Numbered from the stretch's first letter, positions 36,918 to 47,600 are shown. The stretch is DNA of 51,397 bases from Bacilli bacterium (GCA_024695105.1 JAILIV010000046.1:1-51397), one strand, 5' to 3'. Notes: generated from the sequence alone by a model not told the origin. Program-made: numbers and translations.

Positions 36918-37436
36918 TTAATGGAACGATAGGTATTGGTCGTCGCGTTCGGATAAGGAAATGCGCGCCTTCACCGTCTTCCCTTTTTTATTCGTCCCAA
37001 CCAAATAAACAGGGCCATCGAACTCCGAAAGATGAAACTCCACCACCGCTTCCGCGGTAGAAGAAGCGGGGACGTGCAACGAATAAATACCGTTTTCGGC
37101 ACGCACGAAGTCATTGGGTCCCTTGCGCATAATCGGCTCTGCGCCCAGTTCGCCAACGGTGATCCACCGCTTATTCTGTTTCTTGCACAAACGAAGGTCC
37201 GACAAAACGATTTCCTGAGGTTTGTCGTTTCCCATGGAAAGGCTAAACCGCACCACGGAATGGTCCAAATCGGCAATGCGCTTCGCCGTGATGTGAAGCT
37301 CGCCGCTGCGAACCAAGAAGAAAGCAAGACGCCCCAAAACGAAAATGGCGAATGTCGCGATCAACGAAATCGCGATGGGCAAGGCCGCGTTACCCGCCGT
37401 CGTGACGTAGTTTTGAAGAAGGACCGAAACCATCAT
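36918..37436 (-). CDS. Hypothetical protein with N-terminal TM anchor and beta-rich domain
   Basis: 172-aa ORF with hydrophobic ALPIAISLIATFAIFVLG; convergent with the protease. Confidence 0.7.
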   Translation of the reverse strand: MMVSVLLQNYVTTAGNAALPIAISLIATFAIFVLGRLAFFLVRSGELHITAKRIADLDHSVVRFSLSMGNDKPQEIVLSDLRLCKKQNKRWITVGELGAEPIMRKGPNDFVRAENGIYSLHVPASSTAEAVVEFHLSEFDGPVYLVGTNKKGKTVKARISLSERDDQYLSFH

Positions 37437-37535
37437 CGAACGAAGGATACCCCTAACGCATAGGAAATGGGAAAGAAACCCCTACCATGGGGGAAAGAAA
37501 AACGAAAAGTGTCGACACGTATCCCATAATTCTTT

Positions 37536-39353
37536 TTAACCCGGCTTATACGTCGTGCACTCCACCGTCTTTAAAAACGGCAGGTTCACCGACAAAACGA
37601 AGGAAGTATCGGCATTGGCTTGGAACTTATCGCCACGTCGTAACGCGGAAACGACGTTGGCGGCGTTGACGTTGGAAAGGCTCATTTTCCGAATCAGGGC
37701 GTTCACCGCCTGATCAAGGTTCAAGGCAGATTTGGTTTCCTTGACCTCCTGAACCATCTTGAGTTCCAAGGTTTTCAAAGGAATGGCGCATAGTTCTTTC
37801 GTCCCGGGCTTGAACAATGGGGCCGTCTCTCGGTAATAATTTGGGTCTTTCTTCGCAAGATCCGACTTCGGATCGCGCAACATGCGAAGATACGCCGACA
37901 TGATCACTTTCCATTCACCGGGGGAATACCTTTGGTCCGGACGGTAATGGGCGCCTTTGCTGTCGAACGTATCGATAAGGGCTTGGCGAACGAAAGATGG
38001 CAAATGGGTCCAGCGGACGTAAGCGGCGACGTGGACGTTTGCTTGGACTTGCGCGTCCGTTCCCTTAAATGGGAAGTTCCCTTTGAACGTTAGGTCGCGT
38101 TTTGCCTCATCATCGGCTGCGCCACCGCCGCCATAAGGGAACGCAATTCCCAACAGCAAAATGAAAATGCATACGGAAATTGCGTAATAATCACTGTATT
38201 TCTTACGGTAAAACTGATACGTTCCGCCCGCGTTCATCGCCGCCGCGTACACCTCGGGAGGGATGTAGCCCGCGGTGGCCATTCGGTTGATGTATTTGTC
38301 GATTTGCACCGCGTCGAAGTCCACGATGTATGGCTCGTTCTTTTTGCTGTCGTAACAAATATTGGTCAACTTGATGTCCCCGTTCACCACGTTCGCGTCC
38401 AGCATGTATTGGAAGGCGTCGCAGATCTTCACGATGGCGGAGACCAGTTTCTCTTTGGTTGGAAAACGATCCAAAAGCTTGTCGAGTTTGGTGATGCCAT
38501 CCAAGTCAGGGAAGGGGCAATTCCGCATCACGTAGCCAACGTCCTTGTACACCTTTCCGTTCCGCGCCTTCTTCGAAACCATCTCCAAAGGCCAAATGCA
38601 ATTGGGGTGGTTCATGGGACTGGCGCACATCATCCGGATCTTCTCTTGCTCCACGGCATAGAGTTGGCCTGGCTTGAAGTGTTTGATGACGAGGTTGGGG
38701 TCCTGCGAATGGTAAATGGCGCCAGAAGCACCTTTGTCGCTGATAAGGCCGGTGGCCTTGTACATGTTCCCTTCGCTTCCGGGGAAATCCGTGCCCGTCT
38801 CATCCGTTTCGTTTTGGGCCCATCCGGTATCGATTTGCTTTCCTTTGTCCGGAGGCGTCGCGGTAGAGGTTCCAAAGTATTTGAACTGCGCCGGGACGGA
38901 AGCGCTGGAAACGTGGGCCACGCTGATGCTGGTTTGGCTGGCGGTCGTCGGTTTGACTAGTTCCGTCTCAAACGGGTTGCGAATCAAAACCGTCTGGTGG
39001 CGTACCTTGGTGGAGATGCCCGCGTAGATGGCCGCTTTGTTCGGGTCGGTGGTCAACACGGCCAAGGCAAGCGTCGCGCCTTTTTCCGTCAGCGCGGCGG
39101 TAACGGGCTTTTGGTAACCCGCCATGACCAATGCGGGACTACCGCTTAAGATGGAGCGAAGTTGGCTTGCCCCGGGAGTGAGGTTGCCATTGGAATCCGC
39201 GCCGACGCTTTGGAGCAAAACGACGGAATGGGGCGGAAGGGACGCTTTGTGCTGCGACAGGAAAGACAGCAAGCCCGAATGGGCCAAAGATGTTTCATCC
39301 AGCAATAGGGAGAAACCTTTTTGGAGGGTGTCTTTCAGCAGGTCAATGCGCAT
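37536..39353 (-). CDS. TerY-triad (YegI-type) Ser/Thr kinase with degenerate PIN-like N-terminal domain
   Basis: GASGAIY, VIKHF, CIWP, VGYVM, VNGDIKLTNI, IVDFDAVQ, YIPPE, SDYYAISV..F.LL.G..FPY, LPSFVRQALIDTF, RYSPGEW, all typical of YegI-like kinases. Confidence 0.85.
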   Translation of the reverse strand: MRIDLLKDTLQKGFSLLLDETSLAHSGLLSFLSQHKASLPPHSVVLLQSVGADSNGNLTPGASQLRSILSGSPALVMAGYQKPVTAALTEKGATLALAVLTTDPNKAAIYAGISTKVRHQTVLIRNPFETELVKPTTASQTSISVAHVSSASVPAQFKYFGTSTATPPDKGKQIDTGWAQNETDETGTDFPGSEGNMYKATGLISDKGASGAIYHSQDPNLVIKHFKPGQLYAVEQEKIRMMCASPMNHPNCIWPLEMVSKKARNGKVYKDVGYVMRNCPFPDLDGITKLDKLLDRFPTKEKLVSAIVKICDAFQYMLDANVVNGDIKLTNICYDSKKNEPYIVDFDAVQIDKYINRMATAGYIPPEVYAAAMNAGGTYQFYRKKYSDYYAISVCIFILLLGIAFPYGGGGAADDEAKRDLTFKGNFPFKGTDAQVQANVHVAAYVRWTHLPSFVRQALIDTFDSKGAHYRPDQRYSPGEWKVIMSAYLRMLRDPKSDLAKKDPNYYRETAPLFKPGTKELCAIPLKTLELKMVQEVKETKSALNLDQAVNALIRKMSLSNVNAANVVSALRRGDKFQANADTSFVLSVNLPFLKTVECTTYKPG

Positions 39354-39355
39354 GT

Positions 39356-41692
39356 TTATTTTTTAACTAACCTTTTCGGGCGGCTATCCGGATGCACGAC
39401 AAGTCGGTTTGGCCCAGCCTCACTTAAGAAGCCATTTTCCATAAAAGCCCCAACAATTGCGAAGTAATCGTCATCAGTCAGGCCTTTTTTCTGTTTTCTC
39501 ATCCAAGACAGAAGCTCGGAAGGGAGCACGAACTGGGATTTGTTCTTCTTGTCGTGGGAAAGGCTGATCAGATAATCGGAAACCACATAGTAGAAATCTT
39601 TGTACGCAGGGTTTAACGCATACATGAGACGGTTTGCCCTTCGTTTTCCTTTTTCGTCGTATACATCCGTCTGCTCCCCGAGGAAATCAATTCTTCCCGT
39701 CAGGGCCAAATTTTGGAACCAGGAGCAAACCTCATCGTACTTAAGCGTGAGCTGGCTTCCGTGTTTATTGGAGTAGGCGGTGTTGTACGCGCTCCAAGCG
39801 AACGTGACGCAGTCATATTCCGCGGGCGCTTTATGGAATTTGCGAAAGAGACGCTGGAAAACGAACCGTTCCTCTTCCGGAAGCGACAACTTTAATTGCA
39901 ACAGCTTCTCATAAACGGCATCCCCGGTACCCTCGTCTTTCGTTTCGGCGAAGGCGGAAGCATCCGATAGCACTGCGTCAAGGGCTTTGTAATAGTCGTC
40001 ATCCAACGCCCATTTGTTGTTCTGCAACGTCCTCCAACCATGGAATAGCGCAAGCAAAACGCGACCCTGGACATGGCCCTTGTTTTCGATTTGTTCGCGG
40101 ATCCACGACTCAATGTCCTTGCGTTTTTCCGCCATGACCGCGAGATTCTCATAATAGGTGTCGCCGCCATTTGGGTTGACGCCATCGCCATACGCCTTCT
40201 TATCCGAAAGGATCGAACCCAAACAAAGGCGATAATCGCTCTCCTCCGCCCAAGAAAAGCTCTTTTCTTTTTCCAAACCGGCAAGAAGCGTCTTCTCGTG
40301 GATACGGCCATTGTAGTCGATGTGTTTCTGAATCCATTCTTCCAATTTGCCGTATTCCCGGGAAATCTTGATGCGCCCCGTGGCGCGCAAGACATGGTCC
40401 ACGGAGACGATGCGCCTTTCCTTTTTAAGTTCTTTGACGATTTCGGCGATTTCCATTTCGGTGAAAGGCTGACCCTCGCCTTGGAATAGATTGCCCAAGT
40501 CCCTTTCGTTGAGGATCTGCCCTCCGAAAAGGAGGCTAACGATGATGCGTTTGAACGTTTCCCTTTCCTGGGGTGTGTGCCCAACGGGCTGAATGGGAGT
40601 GGATTCCCCTTGAGGGATTTCCTTTTCCTCTTCCGCAGCTTCCGGCTCGGGTTCGGTGGTTTCCTCCGCCGCTTCTTCCTGGATATCGGGTTCGGGAGTG
40701 GCTTCCGGCTCAGGCTCTTTGGCGGGTTTTCCTTCGTCCAAATCCAAATCCGCGTAGGAAATAAGGTTGGCGTGTTCCGGATCCACCATCAAAACGGTCG
40801 AAATGTCATCTCCGCCATGCTTGACCGTGGACCGGCTGACGGGGCCATCGAAGAAGGACTGAAGGATCTTCTGAGCTTCTTCCGGCTGCTCGTTAATCGT
40901 GCAAAGGCAAAGCACGTTCCACACATAATTACGGACGCGAAGGTATTGACGGTCTTTCTCAATGAACGTGTTCTCGGGGCCATCGGAAATCAGGATCCAA
41001 GCGTCCATGGGTTCCTTGCCACGCTTTAAGCGAAGCTTCATGCCATAAGAGTTCTCATCCCCGGTGGCAATGTGACGAAGGTAGGCGCTGGCGGGGTATT
41101 CGGTGTAGTTGTGCTCCCCGTCCTTATCCTCCATCATGGCGATTTCCATCGCCCCTTCACGGGTGAGGCGCATGATATAACCGTCACCGATCTGCCCTAA
41201 GGCCCACTGATCGCCTCGACTCACGACGAACAAAAGCGTGCCGTTGAGCATGCGGAGGTAATAGATCATGTCGAGCTCGCCGGACTCGGCGATGGAAGGA
41301 TAGGCGGAGCAAGTCGCGACGAACTCGTCGTACTTCTCCTTCGTCTCCTCTTTGCCTTTCTCAAACATCTCCAGATGATCGTTGATGTAGGCCTTTTCGG
41401 CGTCGATGATCGCCTCGATGATGCCTTTGGCGACGGGGAAGGGGCTCTCGGAGTCCATGATGTCGTCGAAATGCTCGAGCAAATACTCCGACACGATGTC
41501 GACGGTCATCTGGGAGCCGATGTCGGAATACATGGAGCGGGAGCAGCCATCGCTTAAGACGATCGCGTTGGTGAAAACGCCATCGACCTCCTTGCTGCGG
41601 TAGGCGACGCTATCTTGACAAGGGAGGTTCTCCTCTTTATGGCTCAACCCTAAGGTCTTCGCCTTATTGAAACGAAAGGGGTTCTCGGCCAT
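39356..41692 (-). CDS. TerY-triad (YegK-type) PP2C phosphatase with acidic linker and repeated C-terminal domains
   Basis: GLSH....PCQD, IVLSDG, GS, TLLFV, QIGDG, ISDG, DDIS; RBS AAAGGAG. Confidence 0.85.
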   Translation of the reverse strand: MAENPFRFNKAKTLGLSHKEENLPCQDSVAYRSKEVDGVFTNAIVLSDGCSRSMYSDIGSQMTVDIVSEYLLEHFDDIMDSESPFPVAKGIIEAIIDAEKAYINDHLEMFEKGKEETKEKYDEFVATCSAYPSIAESGELDMIYYLRMLNGTLLFVVSRGDQWALGQIGDGYIMRLTREGAMEIAMMEDKDGEHNYTEYPASAYLRHIATGDENSYGMKLRLKRGKEPMDAWILISDGPENTFIEKDRQYLRVRNYVWNVLCLCTINEQPEEAQKILQSFFDGPVSRSTVKHGGDDISTVLMVDPEHANLISYADLDLDEGKPAKEPEPEATPEPDIQEEAAEETTEPEPEAAEEEKEIPQGESTPIQPVGHTPQERETFKRIIVSLLFGGQILNERDLGNLFQGEGQPFTEMEIAEIVKELKKERRIVSVDHVLRATGRIKISREYGKLEEWIQKHIDYNGRIHEKTLLAGLEKEKSFSWAEESDYRLCLGSILSDKKAYGDGVNPNGGDTYYENLAVMAEKRKDIESWIREQIENKGHVQGRVLLALFHGWRTLQNNKWALDDDYYKALDAVLSDASAFAETKDEGTGDAVYEKLLQLKLSLPEEERFVFQRLFRKFHKAPAEYDCVTFAWSAYNTAYSNKHGSQLTLKYDEVCSWFQNLALTGRIDFLGEQTDVYDEKGKRRANRLMYALNPAYKDFYYVVSDYLISLSHDKKNKSQFVLPSELLSWMRKQKKGLTDDDYFAIVGAFMENGFLSEAGPNRLVVHPDSRPKRLVKK

Positions 41693-41740
41693 GGCTGCTG
41701 CTCCTTTATTGAATAAATGAAAGTTAATGGATCGCGGGGA

Positions 41741-42409
41741 TTACCACTCGCCCCACTTCTTGATGCCCTCGGTATCCATCTTAACCTTATCCCCAGGGTT
41801 GGAAACGCCGATGGTGGCCAAGGATTTGGAATACCACTGGAAGAAGCCGACGATGTCGACCGCCTTGATGGGAGGCTTCTCGGAGAATTCCCTCAAGACG
41901 CCGGCGGCGCGCTGGGCGTCCTCGCCCAAGACGATGGGAAGGAAGGTGAGCTTTCTTGCGGAGACGAGGGACTGCACGCGGGAACGGGCGGACTCATAGG
42001 CGCTGGTGGGCTCACCATCGGAGAAGACGACCAAATGGGGTTGGTAGTAATCCAGATGGTTCTGCTTGTACATGTCCTTGCGCTGGTCAAGCAAATCCAG
42101 ACAGGTGTTGATGCCGGCGGCCAAATCGGTGCACCCACGGACGGGGCCGACTTTCGGGGCGCTGGTGCCCACGACGGTCTCGAAGTCGCGGACCACGCGG
42201 GCGTCGTCGGAGAAGTCCACGACGCAGACTTCGACCGAGTCCTTGGTCGCGTCTTCTTTGGCCAAGGCTTCATAGAGCTCGCGGATGCCTTCGTTCACCC
42301 TCGGAAGAAGGTCGTACATGGATCCGGAGACGTCCACGCAAAGGCAGACGGGGATACGGGCGGAAGTGTTGGTGATGAGATCGTCGTCACCGAAGTATTG
42401 ATTAGCCAT
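41741..42409 (-). CDS. TerY/YegL-type vWA protein (paralog 4)
   Basis: PVCLCVDVSGSM, VEVCVVDF, GCT, RK.MYK...DYYQP, SDGEP, FFQW; RBS AAAGGAG. Confidence 0.9.
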   Translation of the reverse strand: MANQYFGDDDLITNTSARIPVCLCVDVSGSMYDLLPRVNEGIRELYEALAKEDATKDSVEVCVVDFSDDARVVRDFETVVGTSAPKVGPVRGCTDLAAGINTCLDLLDQRKDMYKQNHLDYYQPHLVVFSDGEPTSAYESARSRVQSLVSARKLTFLPIVLGEDAQRAAGVLREFSEKPPIKAVDIVGFFQWYSKSLATIGVSNPGDKVKMDTEGIKKWGEW

Positions 42410-42442
42410 TTTTAACTCCTTTCAAATTGACTAAAGACTAAA

Positions 42443-43180
42443 TTACCAGGTGCCCCAGCCTCCCCCAGCGTCGGGGTCGGCGGTGGCGACGGGCTTACCG
42501 TCGTCGGGGTTGGAGATGACCAATTGCTCCATCGACTTGACGAGGAAGTCCATCAATTGGTCGAACTGCAGGCCCCGCAGGTGCATGGGGGCGTGCTTGG
42601 GGGAAAGCGGGGAGAGGATATTGGTGATCTCGCGCCACTTGGCCTCGTCGTTATCCGAGCCGATCACGACCGGGAAGATCGCGAGCTTGCCGTTATTGGC
42701 GGCCTCGGAAGTGCGCTGGGCGGTCGCGGGAAGGTCCTCTTGGTCGCCAGGCTTGCCGTCGGTCACCAAAACCAAAACGGGCTGGAAGTAATCCACGTGG
42801 TTGTTCTTAAAATCGAGTTTGCGCTGCTCCAAGATGTCCAAGGCGAGGTTCACGCCATGGGCAAGGGCGGTGCCGCCGCGGGCCTCAAGATTGACCTCGG
42901 GGTCTTCTTCCTTGCACAGGGCGAAGTCGCGGACGACCTGGAATTCGCTGTTGAACGTGACGATGGCGAATTCCACGCTGTCGACCAGACCATTCGACTC
43001 GCGGATGTACTTGTGCAGCTCGTTGATGAACGTGTTCAGCTCCTCAATGGGCTTCTTCCCCGTGGTCGGGTCGGTTTTGGCCATCGAACCGGAGATGTCG
43101 ACGCAAACGCAAAACGGTACGCGGTTCGAAGTGTTGGTGACGAGATCGTCGTCGCCGAAGTACGGATTGTTTTCAGACAT
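42443..43180 (-). CDS. TerY/YegL-type vWA protein (paralog 3)
   Basis: PFCVCVDISGSM, VEFAIVTF, GGT, RK.DFK...DYFQP, TDGKP; RBS AAGGAGG fixes the start at 43180. Confidence 0.9.
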   Translation of the reverse strand: MSENNPYFGDDDLVTNTSNRVPFCVCVDISGSMAKTDPTTGKKPIEELNTFINELHKYIRESNGLVDSVEFAIVTFNSEFQVVRDFALCKEEDPEVNLEARGGTALAHGVNLALDILEQRKLDFKNNHVDYFQPVLVLVTDGKPGDQEDLPATAQRTSEAANNGKLAIFPVVIGSDNDEAKWREITNILSPLSPKHAPMHLRGLQFDQLMDFLVKSMEQLVISNPDDGKPVATADPDAGGGWGTW

Positions 43181-43194
43181 ATCGTCCTCCTTCG

Positions 43195-43887
43195 CTACCA
43201 TTCTCCCCATTCCGCCGAACCGAGATCCCCCGGTACTTCAGGGGCCCTGGACACAGGGGTTTGCAGAAGAATGGAAGCCAGATCGTGGGGTTGGACCGGG
43301 GTTTGTCCCAGACGTCCTTGCAGGATGTGGAGCGACCGCTCGTCGAATCCGATGTCGAGTACGAGGAGATCGCGTTTTCGCTCTTCTTTAAGGGTGAGGA
43401 GCGCGTCGGATGGGGTTTCGTCGTTACGGAGGATGCCGTCGGTGACCAGCAGGAAGCATGGGTCGCCATGGGGGATGCCTTGGTCACAATAGGTCCCCTT
43501 TCGTATCCTCCAGGCATCCGCGGCGACGCTGATGCCGCCGATGAGGTTGCCTTCGTCTCCGATGGCGTTGTCCGGGAGGGGCAACGAATCGAGTTCGGAG
43601 AGGGGGACGAACCGCTGATGGAGGCTGGGGCTTTGCTTGGCTAGTGCCACGCAGATTTCCACTTCCATCGTCGGAAGGACGGACCGTTTTATTTCCTCCA
43701 GGGCTTCCATCAAGGCCTGATTGGCCCGGTCAAGGACCGTGGTGACCTCCCCTTCCATTTCTTGGAAGCGTTGGCCGTCCCGTTCCAGGATGCGTCCCGT
43801 CGGGGTCCCGCCGACGCAAGTGAGCATCGAGGCGCTGGCGTCGATGACCACGCATAGGGGGATCACGGGTTTGGTCGTCTCTTCCAT
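43195..43887 (-). CDS. TerY/YegL-type vWA protein (paralog 2, divergent)
   Basis: PLCVVIDASASM, VEICVA, RKGTY...GDP, LLVTDG; MIDAS Thr replaced (GNL); ends WGEW. Confidence 0.8.
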   Translation of the reverse strand: MEETTKPVIPLCVVIDASASMLTCVGGTPTGRILERDGQRFQEMEGEVTTVLDRANQALMEALEEIKRSVLPTMEVEICVALAKQSPSLHQRFVPLSELDSLPLPDNAIGDEGNLIGGISVAADAWRIRKGTYCDQGIPHGDPCFLLVTDGILRNDETPSDALLTLKEERKRDLLVLDIGFDERSLHILQGRLGQTPVQPHDLASILLQTPVSRAPEVPGDLGSAEWGEW

Positions 43888-43889
43888 GC

Positions 43890-44630
43890 CTACCAATCCG
43901 TCCAATCCACGACGGACTTCGGGATGTCGATCTTCGTCGGGGCCTTGCCGCTGCCCATCGATTCGGAGATGGAGGAGCTAAGCCAACGGAAGAGGTTTCG
44001 ATATCCCGCGCCCGAGAAGTTCTGGACCGGGTTGGAAGTGAATTTCTGGAGGCAGGCGAGGGCGTCTTTGTCCTTCACCTCCTCGATGGAGCGTACGTCT
44101 TTGTCGCCCCCGCAGAGCACCGCGAGCACGGTGATCTTTTCGGCTTTTTCGAGGTCGCGCACCTGCTTTTGGGCTTTCTTGACGTTCTCGACGGCCTTAT
44201 CGCCCCAAGGCTTGCCGTCGGTCATGATCATCAACCATGGACGGTAATAGTCCACGTGGTTGTCTTTGTACTTTTGCTTACGCTGGTCGCATAGGCCAAG
44301 GCCATAAAGCACGCCCGCGCCCAAATCCGAAGAGCCGTTGAGCTTGGGTTTGATTTTGGAAATGTCGAAGGAGTCCACGGTCGCGAAGTCGTGGAGGACG
44401 GTAGGTTTGTCGTTAAAGCCCACGACGCAGATCTCCACGCTGCTTTCGACCCGTTCGTCCGCCTTGATGCAGCGGAGCAATTCCTGAAGGCCGCCCAAAA
44501 GCTCGTCGAAGCGGTTGACTTCGTCCCCGTCCTTGTGGGTCATGGAGTGGGAAGTGTCCACGCAGATGCACAAAGGAACACGCGCGGACGCGTTGATGAT
44601 TAAATCGTCGTCTCCGAAATACTGGTTCAT
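43890..44630 (-). CDS. TerY/YegL-type vWA protein (paralog 1)
   Basis: PLCICVDTSHSM, VEICVVGF, GSS, RKQKYK...DYYRPW, MTDGKP, LFRWLSSS; RBS AGGAGG. Confidence 0.9.
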   Translation of the reverse strand: MNQYFGDDDLIINASARVPLCICVDTSHSMTHKDGDEVNRFDELLGGLQELLRCIKADERVESSVEICVVGFNDKPTVLHDFATVDSFDISKIKPKLNGSSDLGAGVLYGLGLCDQRKQKYKDNHVDYYRPWLMIMTDGKPWGDKAVENVKKAQKQVRDLEKAEKITVLAVLCGGDKDVRSIEEVKDKDALACLQKFTSNPVQNFSGAGYRNLFRWLSSSISESMGSGKAPTKIDIPKSVVDWTDW

Positions 44631-44639
44631 GGGTCCTCC

Positions 44640-47600
44640 TTATGTGGTTTCCACTTTGATCAAGTTGGCGCGGAAGAAGCGGGCGAAGGCGTTGGGCGCG
44701 GAACCAAACTTGCCGTGCCTCCGCCATTCCGGATGAGAGGCGTCGAGATGCTTCGCCGTCTCCTTGGTGCACTGCACCACCGCTTTCTTGCTGCCCTTGA
44801 ATATATATTTTCCCTCAATGTCGACGTCGTTCAATAGACGTACGTATATCTCATGGTCGATTTCGGCGAAACACGCTTCGCCCAAGACGACATTCCCCTC
44901 AAACGTCAACGCGGTCTCATACTTCGGGTTGCGTTTCAATTGGATGGAGGCAAAGCAATTCGGGCCTAAGACGCAATCGCCAAAGAAGGTGATGTCGCAG
45001 ATGCTCGCCCCCTCGAAACAAGTCCCTTCCGCCATGTCGATCCCACCCGCTTTGGCGCAGAAGACCACGTCCTTCTCAAAGCCGGTCTTCGCGAACGCCT
45101 TATTGCCGATACGCAAACGGTCGTTGGAACCAAAGGTGACCTCCGAAGAGAAGCTTGCCTCGGAGAAGGCCCTCTCGCCAATTTCCTTCACTTCCGCGAA
45201 CTCGGTGGCTTCCTCGCTGAAAGCGATGTTGCCGCCAAGGAACGCTTGGCTTCCGATGACGCGAAGTCCCTTTAGTTCTTTGGAGTCCAGTTTCACCCCT
45301 TTGGAAACGCCAGAGAAGGCATAGTCCCCAATCTCCCGTAACGGCGCGCCGAGGAAATGGACTTCCAAGGGGCACGCCCAATCCTTAAAGGCGGACGCGA
45401 CGAGCTTCTTGCAGTTCCCAAACGCCACGTAATTCAGACGCGGGAACTTCCCATAAGCGGAGAACGGCTTGGCGGTATTGGGCACGAGCAAGGTCTTTAA
45501 TTGGGACAAAGGGGAGAGGAAAGCCAGGTTCGGATCCAAATAGGGGCAATCGATCAACGTCAGCTCTTCCACGCCTGGGGCTTTGGCGAAGACGTTGGGG
45601 TCCATCCCCACGAGGTTCTCGCCAAGCAGCGTCACCCTGCGCAATTTGGGGGCGCGGAAACGGAAGTCGAAAACGCCGGGGTCCTCCTGTTCCAAAGTCA
45701 GGGTAAGGTCCGTGAGTTTCCTAAAGCCTTCCAAGAAAGATATGGCGTCCAACGGAAGCGTGGCGGTGAACGTCTCCACTTCCGGCATTGACCCTAAGGC
45801 CTCGGTAAGCTCATCCGCGGTAACGGCGACCAACCCGCCCAAATAAAGTTCCCGGACGCCGGTGCAGCCAGAGAACGCACCCCGTTCCAACGCGACCTCT
45901 TCGCCTAGGGACAACCGCTCCAAGGAAACGAGGTTCTCAAACGCGCCTCGGCGGACCGTGGTGCGGCCTTCGACCTCCACGGCGCGGATGGGTGTGACGC
46001 GTTCCCCGTTAAAGGCCCCGGCGCAGATTTCCTCCGCGCCCAATAGACGCAGGGAATCCGATGCGCCCTCGTAATCCAATACATGGACCAAACGGTTTTG
46101 GAAATAGACGCAAGACCCATCGATCGTCGCGGAAGGGGCGGCGATGCCGAATTGGCTGGGCTTTTCATAGGCGACGTTAGGCAAAGCGCGTGCCCCCAAA
46201 ACGTCCAACATTTTCCCGATGTGGAACGAAGTGACGTGGGCGGAGCGGAACGCTTCCTCACCCAAACGCTTCAGTTTCGGCAAATCCACGTCGCCGCATA
46301 CGGCGGAAACGAACGCGCGTGGGCCAATGGATTCCATGTCCTGGAAGAAGCCTTGGGGCAACGTGCCGCCAAAACGGAAAAGCGCCTCCTCGCCCACTTC
46401 GACCGGGGAAGGCATCGATAGTTCCATGGAACCCACGACGCCGGCGAAAGCCCGCGCGGGAATGGAACCGCCATAACGCCCGATCTCCAGGCGACGGACG
46501 CCAGAAAGCCCCTCGAACATAGACGGGACCAGCGAAGGGCAACCATCGATGAGAACCGTCGCGTCCTTGAACGCGTCTGGGGAACGGAACACTTCCCGAA
46601 TCGGTTGGGACAAAGCGGCGAGATGGACATCGGACAGCATGGAAGCTTCCGCCAACGCGAAATCCCCATACCCAAGTTTCGGACAGCCCGAAAGGTCTAG
46701 TTCCCGTAACGCGGTTTTTTCCAAAAGGGGCATCGTGTCACGGGGAAGGGAAACAAGGTTAGGCGCGGCCAAAACGAAGCGGCGCAAACGGGGCAAAGAA
46801 ATCGCCTTTGGAGGGAGTTTTGCGGACGAAGTGGCGAGTTCAAGGTCGGAAATCTCATCGAATCCGTCAAACATTTCCGCGCAAAGCTCTTCTTGGGAAA
46901 GACGGACTTCCCCTAGTTTTGCGCTATCGGGCAAAAGCGCGGACAAGGCTTTTCCCTTAAGGAACGAGGTCGCCCCTAGACGCAAGGAACGCAGGTTCTT
47001 CGCGCCTACAATGGGACCAACGAAAGTAACGCCGGCGGCAACCTCTAGGCTTTCTAAGCCAGTGAGCCCATCCAACGCGTTCTCCCCCACTTCGACGCCA
47101 GAAGGCAAAGATAGGGAACGAAGGGAAGGAAGGTTGGATAAGGCCCGTTCGCGAATACGCCGTATGGTTGGGCCGATGGCCACGCTTTCGGGATAGTTTT
47201 GGATCGGCAAGGCTTTGAGCAACTCGTCCTTATGGCAAAGGCACCCATCCGCGACGAAGAACGCGCCGGGATCGAGCTGGATCGCCTCGGGAGAGGAGAA
47301 CACATTGCCTTCGAAAGCATCGAGCTCATTTTGACGCAAGGAAGCGCCAAGGTGAACGTATGTGAGATGCGTATCCGCGAAGCAACGGGAATGCAATTCG
47401 ACGATTTCGGGAAGTTTGGCCTCCGTTAGCGCGGTTCCGGCGAAGGATTCTTTCCCCGCAATGGCGAGCCTACGCAAGTCGACCCGTAGGGATTTGCATC
47501 CCTTAAAGGCGCCTTCCCCGGCTTTCTCGATGGGGTCAAGGCACTCGATGGCGCAATCCTCGAAGCCATGGAACGCAAAAGCGGGAACGTCAAGTCCCGC

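Noticed and set aside
41717-43492. Long plus-strand ORFs (232 and 322 aa) opposite the vWA genes; likewise 7150-7989, 20822-21469 and 50154-51056
   Set aside because: Antisense shadows expected from G/C-ending codon bias; no motifs or RBS.
43195-43887. Divergent vWA paralog as a pseudogene
   Set aside because: Full-length open frame, tight spacing, and retained DxSxS, TDG and terminal WGEW.
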